Positions 14,051 through 27,146 of a DNA stretch of 64,000 bases are shown in pieces; position 1 is the stretch's first letter; each line of letters opens with the position of its first letter. The DNA comes from Octopus sinensis (lineage: Eukaryota), in NCBI RefSeq assembly GCF_006345805.1, contig NC_043000.1, forward strand, positions 160,518,001 through 160,582,000, in the 5' to 3' direction. Both the position numbers and the translations under genes were made by a program. The notes below the pieces were generated by a model, which worked only from the letters and a program-made list of their open reading frames with translations, did not search any database and was not told the origin of the DNA.

Positions 14051-14842
14051 ATATATAAAGAGTGAGAGAGAGAGAGAGAGAGATTCAAAGATGAGCAGCA
14101 GAGATTCTCAAAATATAAAATATAAAAGGGCACAAATTATTTGAACTTACACTCGATCTTGGCCAGGGACCAAGTTTCTGGTGTAAAGAGTGGGTATCAG
14201 AGGGATCTAGGGGAGCAGATATGGAGACAATCATACGAAGGAACAAATAAATTGGGTTTGATATACAAAGTATATACAGACACATACATGTAAATTATAA
14301 GAATGCAAAGACTGAAAATTTTCAGACGATGAATATTAAGTATGAAAATAGAGATGTTTATATATGAATAGAGCAAATGTACAAAGTGTAGAAGCCACAA
14401 AGAGAATTAAAGTGTGGAAGCTATATTGTTATATGTCTGATAGTATGTACTGTGTAAGTTAGGAATCTTGATATAGAAATATCTATAGATATATAGTTGA
14501 ATATTCATCGTCTGAAAATTTTCAATTTCTGTTTCCTCTATTTCTCTCTTTAAACATTGATGAGTTGGTCAATTTTAATTTAAATCTTAATCTGCGCAAC
14601 AGATAAATTTCAATATGCAAAACTCAATACGTAAACAGATTCAAGTAATTTATTTTTATCATACCTTAGGAATACAGGTATTCGTAGAATAATTTTATAG
14701 AAATCAAATAAATCATGGGAGATTTTAAGATATTTAGTTATACCAACTTACGTACGTTTCATTTGCATCAGGTGTGTATAATGAAATATTTCACGATGTA
14801 CATTACATCATCAAGACTCTCTATCGATTGTTGTACCCCTAT

Positions 14843-14902
<60 letters not shown>

Positions 14903-15189
14903 TTTGTGTATGGTAGATGAGTTCAGCAAAAATTTTGATTCAGATGAAATGGTAAATAAGTTGAGGCACCAGAATTTAGTACGGTATTATCCATACAATT
15001 TCAAAGTAAGGTGATTAATATCAAAATAAGGAACAAGGATATCTAGAGCTAATGCAGTACGATCGTTTCATGCAACTCCATTTAATTGAACAATGCACTC
15101 ATTACATCAATTTAAAATGCAGAGCAATCTTCAGCTGCACAAAGGCATAGAATTTAATTAAACTATAACAGATGGACATATAAGTATAA

Positions 15190-17088
15190 TTATACCTAAA
15201 ATCTCCAAGAAGTTAAGGAAATAGCCAAAGAACATGCTGTCCCAACTCCATAATCTGCACGTTCTGCTGCTATTGACGTACGGTTTGCAACTTTCTAAGA
15301 TCTTCCACTTTATGCTGTACTCTGTGGCACTTTCTTACAAAGCCCAGATGTACTGGGTTAGGGTTGTGGCGTTACATCCCTCTGGTATTTTTAATGAGAA
15401 CTTGTGGGTTCTGACGTGGGTTCTGAATGAGCCTTCTATTTCCCCCACATATTCCCGCACACTCGGTTGTCCATTGTGTCCTGTTCGTGTTCCGTATTGC
15501 AGTGGCTGCTTAGTGGATAAGTTGTGTTACCCCTGCAAGAGTAGCCTGCCCTAGCGTCGGGTCTATGTCTACCTACTAAAATCTTTTTTACACTAGGTGC
15601 ACAGCTGAGGTTTAATCTCAGGGTGTGTCTATTAAATATTTTGCTGACTTTATTGGTACGGGGGAAGTACCTATCAGCTAAACTAAGATCATACCTACTC
15701 TTGTCCTAACGTTTAAAAAGAATGGCAGTGTAAACCACAGTACTTTATGGTGGTGCTTTTTCTTGGTATAGCTCGAGTCTGGCATGTAACTACTATTATC
15801 CTTTAAACCGCTTGCAGCCAGAGCCTGGTTGTAGTGCGGGGCAGCAGCATCAAATGTCATTTTGCTTGAAGACATGCTGAAGATTCTCCTGCTTACGCCC
15901 TTAATCAGGTTCCTGAACACTCTGGTGGGATGGTATGAACGTGTGTTAATGTTAGACAACTTCTCAATTGGTTTCTCAAAGCGCTTATAGGCTCCTGATT
16001 CCATGTCCAGGGTCACGTCAAGGAAATAGACTGTTTTAAGGTTAACCTCTATAGTGACCTTCAGACCGAGGGAGTTCATGTTGGTTGTGAGATCCTTTCT
16101 GAGCCTATTTAGGGTGTGAGCGCGTCGTTCTTGTAGAGGCCAAAGCTGGTTGAAGGGAATTTCTTTTTCAATATATCTAGGATGAAGAGACTAGGTCACA
16201 TACGTCTACGCTGTCAAAAGCACCCATCGCCACATCGTAGGAGCCCTCCAAGTCGGCGTGCTTCGTACAAGCGGACCCCCTACTGAAGTGTAGGGTTCTT
16301 TTGGCGTGCATGATAATGCGTATGTCCTCGTCGCTGACATCAGCATAGCTCCCTTATTATAGATGGGTCGGAGTCCACTATATCAAATCGGGTAAACCTA
16401 GCTCTACGACTACCGGTGCTGGCCTTAAACCATGTAATGATTTCGTTGGTGTTGTGCCATAGGGCGCAGTCAGAGGCGTTTATAACGCCGTTCTCGATGA
16501 GCTGTTTGCTCAACTGTCCGATCTTAGACTTCGCAGGGTTTATCAGCCTTCATTTACGGTTAGAGGCAAAGTTTGGCTTGTGATCCTTGATCGTTATGAA
16601 GGCCTCTTTCTTCGCCAGAGACTTTGGTCCATCATCTATACCTAGTTTTAAAGGCTATATCTCTTGCCTCCTGATTAATACTATCGTACGTCTATTCGGT
16701 AACCCACCTGTATTCTTGTGTAATGTTGTTAAGGAAATGTGCGAATGTGTCACTACTTATTCTATACAAATCTTTTGCTGTCTGAGGTCCAAAGTTTATT
16801 TTGGAAATCGTTTAAAGACTTACGGAATTTCAGACAGAGTATTATGTTCAAATAATCGTTTTCAAAGGCCCCCAGTTCTTTAATCTTTGGAGGGGGGAAA
16901 CTTCCTGGACTTAAGCCCAAAATGTTCGGCTTCTGTTGGTTTTTTGGGATGGTCAAAGTAGAAGCCGTCCATCGCATCCGCCTGATCAATTCGATTATTT
17001 CCTCCAGCAGCAGCTTTGTATAGAGTTCGTTCTGTGATATTGAGATGTTCTTCGTTGAATATCCCAGGTAATAATATTCCAAATCCAT
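15190..17088 (-). mobile_element. decayed, near full-length Penelope-like element (RT + C-terminal GIY-YIG; Naiad-like architecture)
   Basis: Collinear broken frames: LGYSTKNISI..ELIRRMRW; FDIVDSDPSI; YDVAMGAFDSVDVC; GLYKND (YRDD equivalent); FLDVTLD..SYHP..AAPHYNQALAASG..WFTLPF; LNLSCAPSV; YSCRGNTTYPL; EYVGEIEGSF..YIWAL..IKWKIL..CRL. Many stops and frameshifts. The Naiad assignment is inference. Confidence 0.88.
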
Positions 17089-17149
17089 TTGTAAAGGTAT
17101 TATAAAATATACACACACACTGACCGTTAACTCCAATTTTTTTGTCATT

Positions 17150-17275
17150 TATTTCCTCGTGTACCTCTCTGTTGAACATCGTAGGCTCGAAACGTAGAGC
17201 ATCAAATTAATACACCTGCTTGTTGTTTATACACCTGTCTTCGTCATTTGTTTTTCTGTAAATTTCAAAGATATA
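17150..17275 (+). mobile_element. PLE tail with degenerate hammerhead, inverted relative to the adjacent PLE ORF
   Basis: 17165-17199 reads ctct CTGTTGA acatcgtaggctc GAAACGTA gag; downstream sequence matches 10940-11030. Confidence 0.65.
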
Positions 17276-17426
17276 GTGGCTGTGTTGTAAGTAGCTTGCC
17301 TACGAACCTCATAGTTCCAGGTTCAGAGACAATATAAGTATGTATCTCTCTCTCTCTCTCCCCATACACAGACACACACATACACACACACACACACACA
17401 CACCACACACACACACACACAAACAC

Positions 17427-17533
<107 letters not shown>

Positions 17534-17809
17534 TATATACACTCAGCAGCAACACTAGAAAGAGTTGTAATGAATAACTTTTGCATTCTTAGCAGTGGAG
17601 CAGCTTAAGAGAAATCGCCATTTTTTAAAATTTTCTATCCAGGATAAACCATTAAAATGAAACTAGGATTCTATGCACTTTTTCTTATTCTGTAACATTA
17701 GGATACTTATGCAGAAGATATATAACTTTTGTATGGAGAATTACTAGGATTTCTCAATTTACTCATTCTTTTCTTTTTCTTCTGTTTTTTGATAGATGTA
17801 TATATTTTC

Positions 17810-17962
17810 TTTTCTACTCTAGGCCCGAAATTTTGTGGGAGGGGGCAAGTCGACTAGATCGACCCCAGTACACAACTGGTATTTAATCTATCGACCACGA
17901 AAGGATGTATGCCTCTAAGCATTTCGAGAGGCGTGCTAACGTTTCCGCCTGTTCGCCGTCTT
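17810..17962 (-). mobile_element. SINE family C (CORE-like) fragment
   Basis: Reverse complement matches 53623-54035 (catcctttcg..gtcgat...ctggggtcgat..gtcgact). Confidence 0.6.
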
Positions 17963-18064
17963 GATAAATGTATGTATTATTATGTTCACTCTTGCATAAT
18001 TGTCTTACAAATAATGTGATACCTTTTACAGCCACTATCTATATTTTAATTTATTATACTCCTA

Positions 18065-18260
18065 TTGGCAGAATCGCTAGCACGCAGGACTAAATGCTTC
18101 GTAGCATTTTGTCTGTCTTCACGTTCTGTGTTCAAATTCCGCCGGTGTCGGATTGTCCTTTCGGATTCAATAAATTAAATAAAAGTGAAACATTGGAATC
18201 TGTGTAATCGACTAGTCCCCTCGCCAAGAATTTCAAGCTTTGTGCCTGTTATAGAAAGGA
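18065..18260 (+). mobile_element. SINE family C (CORE-like), degenerate
   Basis: gcagaatcgctagcac...gttcaaattccgcc...gtaatcgact matches 53623-54035. Confidence 0.65.
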
Positions 18261-18450
18261 TTATATTTCTATTACCGCGACAGATATATTGACTATAGTC
18301 AACTCCAATTTGCTTACACTCTCTCTCCTTTCTTTCGACATTTGATCTTTGGTGTTTGGCTCGGACTGAGCACTTGGTATTTGTACCATTCCCGTTTCTT
18401 TATTTTATGTATTTTTATTTCCAATATAATATAATATGATATTATATTAT

Positions 18451-18798
18451 AGGAGCAGGAGTGGCTGTGTGGTAAGGATCTTGCTTCCCAGCCATATGGT
18501 TCTAGGTTCAGCCCCACCGCATGGCACTTTGGACAATTGTCTTGCATTATAGTTTCGAGCCCACCAACGCCTTGTGAGTGGATTCAGTAGACGGAAACTG
18601 AAAGATGCCCGTTGTGTGTCTGTGTTTGTAAATCTACTACCGATGTTGGTGTGCAAACATCCCCGAAACTTAATGGTTCGGCGAAAGGGACCGATAGAAT
18701 AAGTACTAGGCTTACAAAGAATAAGCCCTGGGGTCGATTTGTTCGACTAAAGGTGGCGCTCCGGTATGGTCTCAGTCAAATGACTTAAACATGTAAAA

Positions 18799-18800
<2 letters not shown>
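18451..18800 (+). mobile_element. SINE family A
   Basis: Head, body and tail as in the other copies; central microsatellite short. Confidence 0.85.
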
Positions 18801-18850
<50 letters not shown>

Positions 18851-18879
18851 TTATATTTTATGTATACATAATATATATA

Positions 18880-18948
<69 letters not shown>

Positions 18949-18950
18949 GT

Positions 18951-19320
18951 GGAGGCGCAATGGCCCAGTGGTAAGGGCAGCGGACTCGCGGTCGTAAGAT
19001 CGCGATTTCGATTCCCAGACCGGGCGTTGTGAGTGTTTATTGAACGAAAACACCTAAAGCTCCACGAGGGATGGTGGTGATCCCTGCTGTACTCTTTCAC
19101 CACAACTTTCTCTCACTCTTACTTCCTGTTTCTGTTGTACCTGTATTTCAAAGGCCCGGCGTTGTCACTCTCTGTGTCACGCTGAATATCCCCGAGAACT
19201 ACGTTAAGGGTACACGTGCCTGTGGAGTGCTCAGCCACTTACACGTTAATTTCACAAGCATGCTGTTCCGTTGATTCGGATCAACCGGAACCCTCATCGT
19301 TGTAACCGACGGAGTGCTTC
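18951..19320 (+). mobile_element. tRNA-derived SINE family B
   Basis: A box TGGCCCAGTGG and B box (a)TTCGATTCC, followed by a ~300-bp non-tRNA body (aacacctaaagctccacgagg...gagtgcttccac); between (TA)n tracts. Confidence 0.75.
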
Positions 19321-20007
19321 CACATTCCACACACATATATATATATATATATCCTACTCATCCTGTCTGATACTTAGGAAGCCGAAATATTTAAAGTGAT
19401 GAGAATGTTTGGAGGATATTTTTCATGCAATGCTATGCATTTGTTATAACACTTGACAGCCTTCTCAAGGAATTATAGAAAGGAATCTGATCTTCCTGGA
19501 GTATTACAACACAGTCCTACGTTATTTCACACCACTAAACCAAACACACCACATACTAAAATACTTCACAGTTTTACAGTACACATAATGAATAAAATAA
19601 ATTTTAAAACACGTATACGTCATTGCAGCGTCTACAGGTTATAGCATTTCAAAATTTTATGTAATCTATTGCATAGAAGTATTTCTAATGAGAAGAACAA
19701 GAATAAGATTAATGTCTGGCTGATTTTGACAAACACTTTAGAGGCAGGTCGATTCACGTCATCATCATTATTATTTTTTTTATCAAAACATTAGATAGTA
19801 CACTAAGACGATAAAGCGATTACATGCATGTCACATATATCCTTCCAAATATGAAACACACATACATTATCAAATCTATCACACTTGCACATGCACATAC
19901 ATACACACACACAAACACACACACACACACACACACATACACATATGCTCATACACACACACATACACATAAGCACACACTGTCGCAGACGTATGCACAT
20001 ACAAGTA

Positions 20008-20048
20008 TACAGTTATATATATATATATATATATAACTATATGTGTGA

Positions 20049-20090
<42 letters not shown>

Positions 20091-20130
20091 ACTATATGTG
20101 TGTGTATATGTATATATATATATAACTATA

Positions 20131-20169
<39 letters not shown>

Positions 20170-20183
20170 ACTCACACATATAG

Positions 20184-20226
<43 letters not shown>

Positions 20227-20271
20227 ATATAACTATATGTGTGAGTGTATATATATATATATATAACTATA

Positions 20272-20315
<44 letters not shown>
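20008..20315. repeat. microsatellite-derived minisatellite (ataactatatgtgtg[a]gtg + (TA)n) with one inverted unit
   Basis: Unit recurs about five times; the inverted unit actcacacatatagttat is at ~20170. Confidence 0.8.
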
Positions 20316-20317
<2 letters not shown>

Positions 20318-20424
20318 TGTATATTTGTATAGACATATACTGATGATAAATACATATGTATACACATATGTAGGTGAATAAAGTATGCATTTATATATCT
20401 TATATATTCATATCATTACTATAG

Positions 20425-20480
<56 letters not shown>

Positions 20481-21043
20481 GTTGTTGTTGTTGTTGTTGT
20501 TGTTGTTATTATTATTATTATTATTATTGCATTGAGCTGACAGAAACTTTTAGAGATATAGGTGTTATTGTTTCATTCTGCAATAAAATTCAATACAGAC
20601 AGGCTTGTAAGAAAAGGAATCAATTACAAATAATTTCTAGGGGTACTTAGAAAGCCATACAGTCTATTACAGTGGTAGATTCGACTGCATTTGCTGTTGC
20701 ATTGCCTTCAGCTAAACAGTCTTATCTTTCTGAAGATTAAGATTAAACACACCGACATGCATGTTAGTTCCAAAATATAATAAAGATACTAAAAATCTGA
20801 AGACTCTTCAACTTCTACAGTAAGTATTACCTATCTGAAGCCACACGTCTTAGCATAAGGTCGTTGCTGAAGCAAATTCGTATAAACTAGGTTTTGCGTA
20901 TTTATATAAAACATTAATCCGACATATACACATTCTCATACACACGCATCGATATATATATATATATAAAATACCCTCCCATACACACAAACATATATAC
21001 ATATATCATGAAGTGAATACGTATAGGAAAACATTTGCAAGTA

Positions 21044-22260
21044 TTGGGTAATCCCATAAATAATGTAGGTTTTTTTTATACTTCTTTTAGTTTTCAAAAT
21101 TAAGATAAACAACTCTCATTTTTAATCTAAAATATACTCTCCTTCATTTTCTACAATGCACTTCCATCTATCTGGGAGACTCCGTGACGAGAAACAATCC
21201 TTCAGCACTGTTCTAACCACGTCTACAGAATTCCTATTTTTCCGTCCAAATGGTTTTGAAGATTGCGGAATAATTGATAATTAGATGGGGTAATGTCCGG
21301 CGAATATATTGGGTGAGGCATCGTTTCCCATTCAAACTGCTCCAACCTTTGGAATATCATCCTTGCTGTATGTGACCGAACGTTATCCTGATGGAAGAAC
21401 ACCTTTCGTCTTCAAACTAAAGATGGTCGTTTTTCTTCTAGCTCTGACTTAAGCCTCTCAAGCTACTCGCAGTGGATTTGATTTGTCATCGTTTGGTTTA
21501 GTTTTAAAAGTTCAAAGTGGACAAAACCTTTAATATCCCTCCAAACAGATAACAATGCCTTACGTGGGTGAAGATCTTCTTTAGCCTGGGAAGCCACTCT
21601 TTCTCCTTTCTCTACCTATTGTCTTCGGCGCTTCACATTTCATAGAGAATCCACTTCTCTTCACCAATCACTATTCTTGTCCAAAAAAGGTTCATTCGTG
21701 AGGTATGACAGTAAAGAAGAGCATACATTCGCTCTCTGCGCGCTATTAACCTCGGAAAGTTTGTGAGGAACCCATTGACCAAATTTTGATGTCTCTTCCG
21801 ATGGCACGCACTTGTCGATGCATGAACGGTTGAATGACCAAATCCAAGCTTCTCTGGGCGTTTTACTCCACCTGGTTTTGCAGGACGTCCTCGTCGAGCT
21901 CTACAGGACACGGTTCGCCTTGCAGGCTGTAATTTCCGACTCGGAATTTTTGGAACCACCGCCGACACTGGCTTAAGCTTATTGTCCGATCCTTATATAC
22001 TGCATTAATATTCCTCGCACTTACTCTTGTGTTGTTGCTCTTATTAAACTCATAACGTAAAATATGCCGAATATGCTCCTTTGTCAATTCCATTATTGCT
22101 TTGTACAAATAACACTTAAAATCGAAATGCACTCTTCAAATCTAGGACTTAGAATAAGTACAAAGTAAAATTACTACCCGACGCAAGTAGTTTATCCGTC
22201 TCCGTCCGACTTTTAGTAAATGCAATTGAAAAAAAACGCATTATTCATGGGATGAACCTA
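21044..22260 (-). mobile_element. full-length (1217 bp) decayed mariner with both TIRs and TA duplication
   Basis: TIRs ttgggtaatcccataaataatg (from 21044) and cattattcatgggatgaaccta (to 22260), with TA on both sides. HTH MELTKEHIRHILRYEF..CRRWFQKFR; VIGEEKWILY; FHQDNVRSH; HPIYSPD. Multiple disablements. Confidence 0.93.
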
Positions 22261-23166
22261 TACATAGGAGGTAGATTGTATTATTTCTTATAATAGTGTA
22301 GATGCGATTAGAATTTTATGACATTAATTTAGAAATGAATGCTAAATTCATCAAATATAATTCTTCAGATGAATTCTGATTAATTATAAATCTATAAAAC
22401 AGAACAGAAAATCCATCTGCTATGAATTTTCCTCCTTTCTCTCGGGTAACGTAGTGAACCACTCTATATCACTATATATTTATCTTGAACAATTTTCTGT
22501 TATCCACTTTTCCAAGCTTACATGGTTCAATGAGCGCGGTGGAAGGCATATGAGTTAGCGATTAGTTTTCAGGCTCATTGTCACAATGATCCAAGTTCGA
22601 TTCCTTTCCTGAACGCCGCATTGTGACCTTTACACATACAAACAATTCCATGATGTCCCAGCCCATGTAGCTGCAACGATTATGAGCCAAGTACTTGTGC
22701 AGCATTCTGTACCTACAACTATGACATCATGCATTCACTCGTTCAGCCAAAATGGCAGCGTGGCCTCTAATGCAACATCCTTAATCGTATAACTGCTCGA
22801 TGAGGATGTAACTGGAAGTAACCAATAGGATGAAACCCCAAACAATTCATAGAATGGTTCGTAAATTACTTCTAATTTGATGAACAACATGAACGGCACA
22901 CAGTTTTACAGTCCTTTTATGCTAAGGAATCTGTTCCAAATAATGTGTGTGCGGGACCCAATTGTTATTATCTAGATAATTATGAAAAAATTAAATATGA
23001 TACGTTTTTCCTTGTCTGACTCTGGTTGTCTTTATATAAAGTAAAACGAATAGAGGATTGAGAGGATTGAGAATTGAACAGGAATTGAACAGGAGCTGGT
23101 GATGTTATTGATATCGGTACTGGTGGTAGTTGTGGTGGGGTGTGGTGGCTTGGAGGTTTATGGTGA

Positions 23167-23313
23167 CGATGAAGAGGATATGATGATAATAACGAAGATG
23201 ATGATGATGATGATGATGATGACGATGATGATGATGATGACGATGATGATGCTGATGATGATGACGATGATGATGACGATGATGATGATGATGATGATGA
23301 TGATAATGACGAA

Positions 23314-23348
<35 letters not shown>

Positions 23349-23765
23349 CGAAGATGATGATGATGATGAGGATGACGACAATGACGATGATGATGATGAA
23401 GATGATGACGATGATGATGATGACGAAGATGTTGATGATGATGATGATGATGACGATGACGATGATGATGACGATGATGATAATGATGATAATGACGAAG
23501 ATGATGATGATGATGATGATGATGACGATGATGATGATGATAATGACGAAGATGATCATGATCATGATGATGATGATGATGATGACGAAGATGATAATGA
23601 TGATGATGATGACGACAATGACGATGATGATGATGAAGATGATGACGATGATGATGATGACGAAGATGATGATGATGATGACGATGACGATGATGATGAC
23701 GATGATGATAATGATGATAATGACGAAGATGATGATGATGATGATGATGGTGATGATAATGATGA
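23167..23765. repeat. ~600-bp cryptic (GAT)n tract with GAC/AAT/GAA variants and higher-order repeats
   Basis: Directly visible; generates the poly-Met, -His, -Ile and -Ser ORFs in the track. The GAT (Asp) frame is also open from 23173 to 23793. Confidence 0.95.
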
Positions 23766-24324
23766 TTCCAACATTCTGTTAAAAGGAATATGAAAAAAAT
23801 AGCGGTTAATCTTTTGGCTAATAATGCGACATATAGCAACTCAAGACCGATACAAATATATTTAAACCAATGAAAAACAAAAGGCTAGGCTTTGTGGACA
23901 CTTTACAGAAACAATTGTCTTCTCAATTAAAATGTTGATATTGTTAAACGTGTTCCTGCAAACTAAGTCAGCACAACACGCAAATCATACATTTTGTTTC
24001 TTTATGATGAGGAATCCTTTTTAGTTCAAACATCGGCCAAGTATAGAACATATCCTTACACGTTTTTCTCATTCTAGCTATAACTATTGTACTTTGTTAC
24101 CACGTTATCTGATATTTTCTGTTTATGTCTTAAGGTTTCTTACCTACGGAGACACATGTTCGTGTATTTACTCAAGATGTGTGACCTTGTTGCTCCTGCA
24201 TATTTCAGTCTTTGGGCTTGAATTTCGAAAATCAAAATTTTACGGAAACAGCAATAAACATCTCTTCTTTATTTCTTTTGCAGATCTGCACTTATACTTT
24301 ATATATATATATATATACATACAT

Positions 24325-24390
<66 letters not shown>

Positions 24391-24828
24391 CACAGGACTA
24401 TTGCTCTCGAGACCAGTAAATCTTTTCACTGCGTCAAGCAGAAAAAAAACCTACTATCAATCTCGTCACAATTCTTCTCTTATTCCAAACCTCTGGGATT
24501 TATGTTTAACCGCTATTTCAGCATCGTGTCAACTAGACACTCTTCAACCCAGAAGTTTATCAGTTTTGATATATATATATATATATATATATATGAATGC
24601 TTGGTTATGCTTTTTTGTCACTTCTGTAAATAAATTACTTTCCTGTTGACTATTAGTTCTTCATATACTGCAGCATAGGTCACAGTATATTTCTTTTCAA
24701 GATAGCCTTCCACAATAAACATATCACACACACACACACACACACATGCAAACACACACAGACAGTCACTTACACACATACACATGCACACTCGTAAATA
24801 TATACATACACATGCATGTGTGTGTACT

Positions 24829-24861
<33 letters not shown>

Positions 24862-25629
24862 ATGTGTGTGTGTTGTCAAAGTGTCCATAAGCCAGGTAAA
24901 ATATCCACTCGTATACCTGTCAATTGAGTGGTTATATTATCTGAAATGTACACTACTATATGTATATAATATAGTGAACGCCACGCATCCATTTCCATGA
25001 AAACTTATCTTAACGATTTTGATGCAAATCTACTCTATACTGCTTACTTCCACATCCTTCTCTAATTCCCTTTTCTACCCAATTCACCGTTCCCCCTCTC
25101 TCTCTCTATTATAGTGGGGTCCAGTGCAAATTATGCATTGCCGACTGCACGAGGGTCTTTAAAGACTCGCCCGTGCCAGGAGGCATCCTGGACTCTAAGA
25201 CGGAGATTTTCGGGCCACACCTGCATTTTAGAAAAGTTCTCCTGGCTTTTTGAAATCTGCAAGGCGGCACCACAGCCGGTAACCAATAGCCAAGGCTGAA
25301 GGGAGATGATCGTTGACCTTCGTGGTACTTCAGTGGCCGCAAGATGACAAATTCGCTGGTACTCTTGTGCGTGTGTGTGTATGTGTGTGTATGTGTGTGA
25401 GTGAGTGTAGACATGTGTATGCGCAGCAGTGAAGAGATGCGCACGCTCGTATCAATGCACTCATGCAAATATTCTTTCAAAAAACTTTTCATTTAATTTT
25501 TCCAAAATTTAATTCTTTTCCATACTTACAGTTGAAAAAGTTTCAATAACCGAAACCAGTACTGAAATGTTTTTTATAAAATTATTTTAGCATTTTCTAC
25601 TTTGAGTTTTTATATATATATATATATAT

Positions 25630-25702
25630 ATATATAAAAGGAGATAATAATAATAATATATAATAATAATAATAATATAATAATAATAATAATAATATAA
25701 TA

Positions 25703-25760
<58 letters not shown>
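25630..25760. repeat. (AAT)n microsatellite
   Basis: Directly visible. Confidence 0.95.
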
Positions 25761-25762
<2 letters not shown>

Positions 25763-26089
25763 GGCATAATGCTAAACTGAAAGCAAATTTTAACAAAGAT
25801 GGGTGTAAGAAAATTAAAAAAAGGAAATCAAACCGGTTTTTTTATTGCAAGGCATATTTTCAAGATTTGGAAGGGGAAACAGTTTTTTAAAGTTAAGGAA
25901 GGGGAAAAAAGAGTTTTACAATATTTCTTCAAAAAAATAATAAATTTATACAAAATTTCATAAATAAGTATACCAATATACTATAGTGTCTTTATGCTTT
26001 TAAAGTTCAATATTATTCCAAGGAAAACTTCTTTGGGGGATTAGGATGCGTGTGTTTTAGTGTAGTGTTTTTTTTTGAGGTTGGATGTA

Positions 26090-26520
26090 TATGTTTACAT
26101 AAACATCGAACATTCTCAAAGTTCCTCCGAGCAACGAGAACACTGTGGAAGAAGTGGCAAGAGCAGGCCCTGGAGATAATCATCCAGGCTGTCTCGGGGA
26201 ACCTTGAAAGAATGGTCGACACCATAACGGTGGGCGAGGAGGTGGTATTAAAAGTTATAGATGCGCCAATGTTATAAATGTGGCCAGAAATGCCACATAA
26301 GTGCGGAGTGTTCTCCGCCGACCACAAGGACACCAGCAGTACTACAGGCCCGAAGGAAAAATCGTACCTCCACCTCTTGCAATGAAAAGTGGTACAGAAA
26401 GGAGTGTGGAGGATCCAGGCAAGGAGGATAGGAAGGATCCACAAATGGAGGAAGAGAGAAAAGAAGAATGGAAGATGATAAACTGGAAAAAGAAAAAAGG
26501 GAAGAATTCAGGGTATTGAT
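26090..26520 (+). mobile_element. decayed gag-like ORF1 fragment with CCHC zinc knuckle (probably L1/Tx1-type LINE)
   Basis: 26270-26311 encodes CYKCGQKCHISAEC (CX2CX4HX4C); surrounding frames are broken. Clade assignment is inference. Confidence 0.65.
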
Positions 26521-27146
26521 GTTAACTCCCCTCCCGACACCATTCTGCTCCACTCTGGCCAACCCTTCCGATGCAGATACCAACCCTCACCCTACCACAC
26601 CAGACACTGATACAACAACACAGGAACCTTTAACTTCCCCAAGTCCATCCCTGTGAAAAAAGTTGCATTGTTTTTTACGATGAGTCACTTGATGAGTTGT
26701 GAGAGGAAATAAATAACCTGGTTGAGTGGTTAAAATTCAATATTGAAGGATGTGAGGGAGTGCCCTCACAAGTTAAATGTGTATTTATGGACAGAGATAA
26801 CTCGCAAAGATTAAGTGAGGATTACGGGAGTAATGTCATTATCTCACGAAAGGAAATTGATACCAGGAGAATGCAGTCAACAGTAAGCTATCATAAACTT
26901 TAAAAATTTTCACATGTACATATTAAGTGACTATTAAGTGATTATTAAGTGATTATTGTTTTTTAAAAGGTTTCCTTGAGATCACTTGGATTGCGGGGTT
27001 CTCCATTTCATGCATTCATTCTTTTATACCATCCTTCTCATTCGTTTTATTTTCCCCCACTTTTGTGATTCTGTCCATCTTTATACTGTCCCTCTATGTT
27101 TAGCCCCCTTTCGGCAATGAAGAAATCGTTGTTACAATCATCTGAA

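Noticed and set aside
15230-15560. Selenocysteine (in-frame TGA) coding reported for some Naiad PLEs
   Set aside because: Expected Cys positions read TAC, TAT, TGC or TGG, and the internal stop checked in this domain is TAA; no TGA-for-Cys evidence in this decayed copy.
18951-19030. tRNA-like sequence with A and B boxes
   Set aside because: No complete cloverleaf, and it continues into a SINE body; it is a SINE head, not a tRNA gene.
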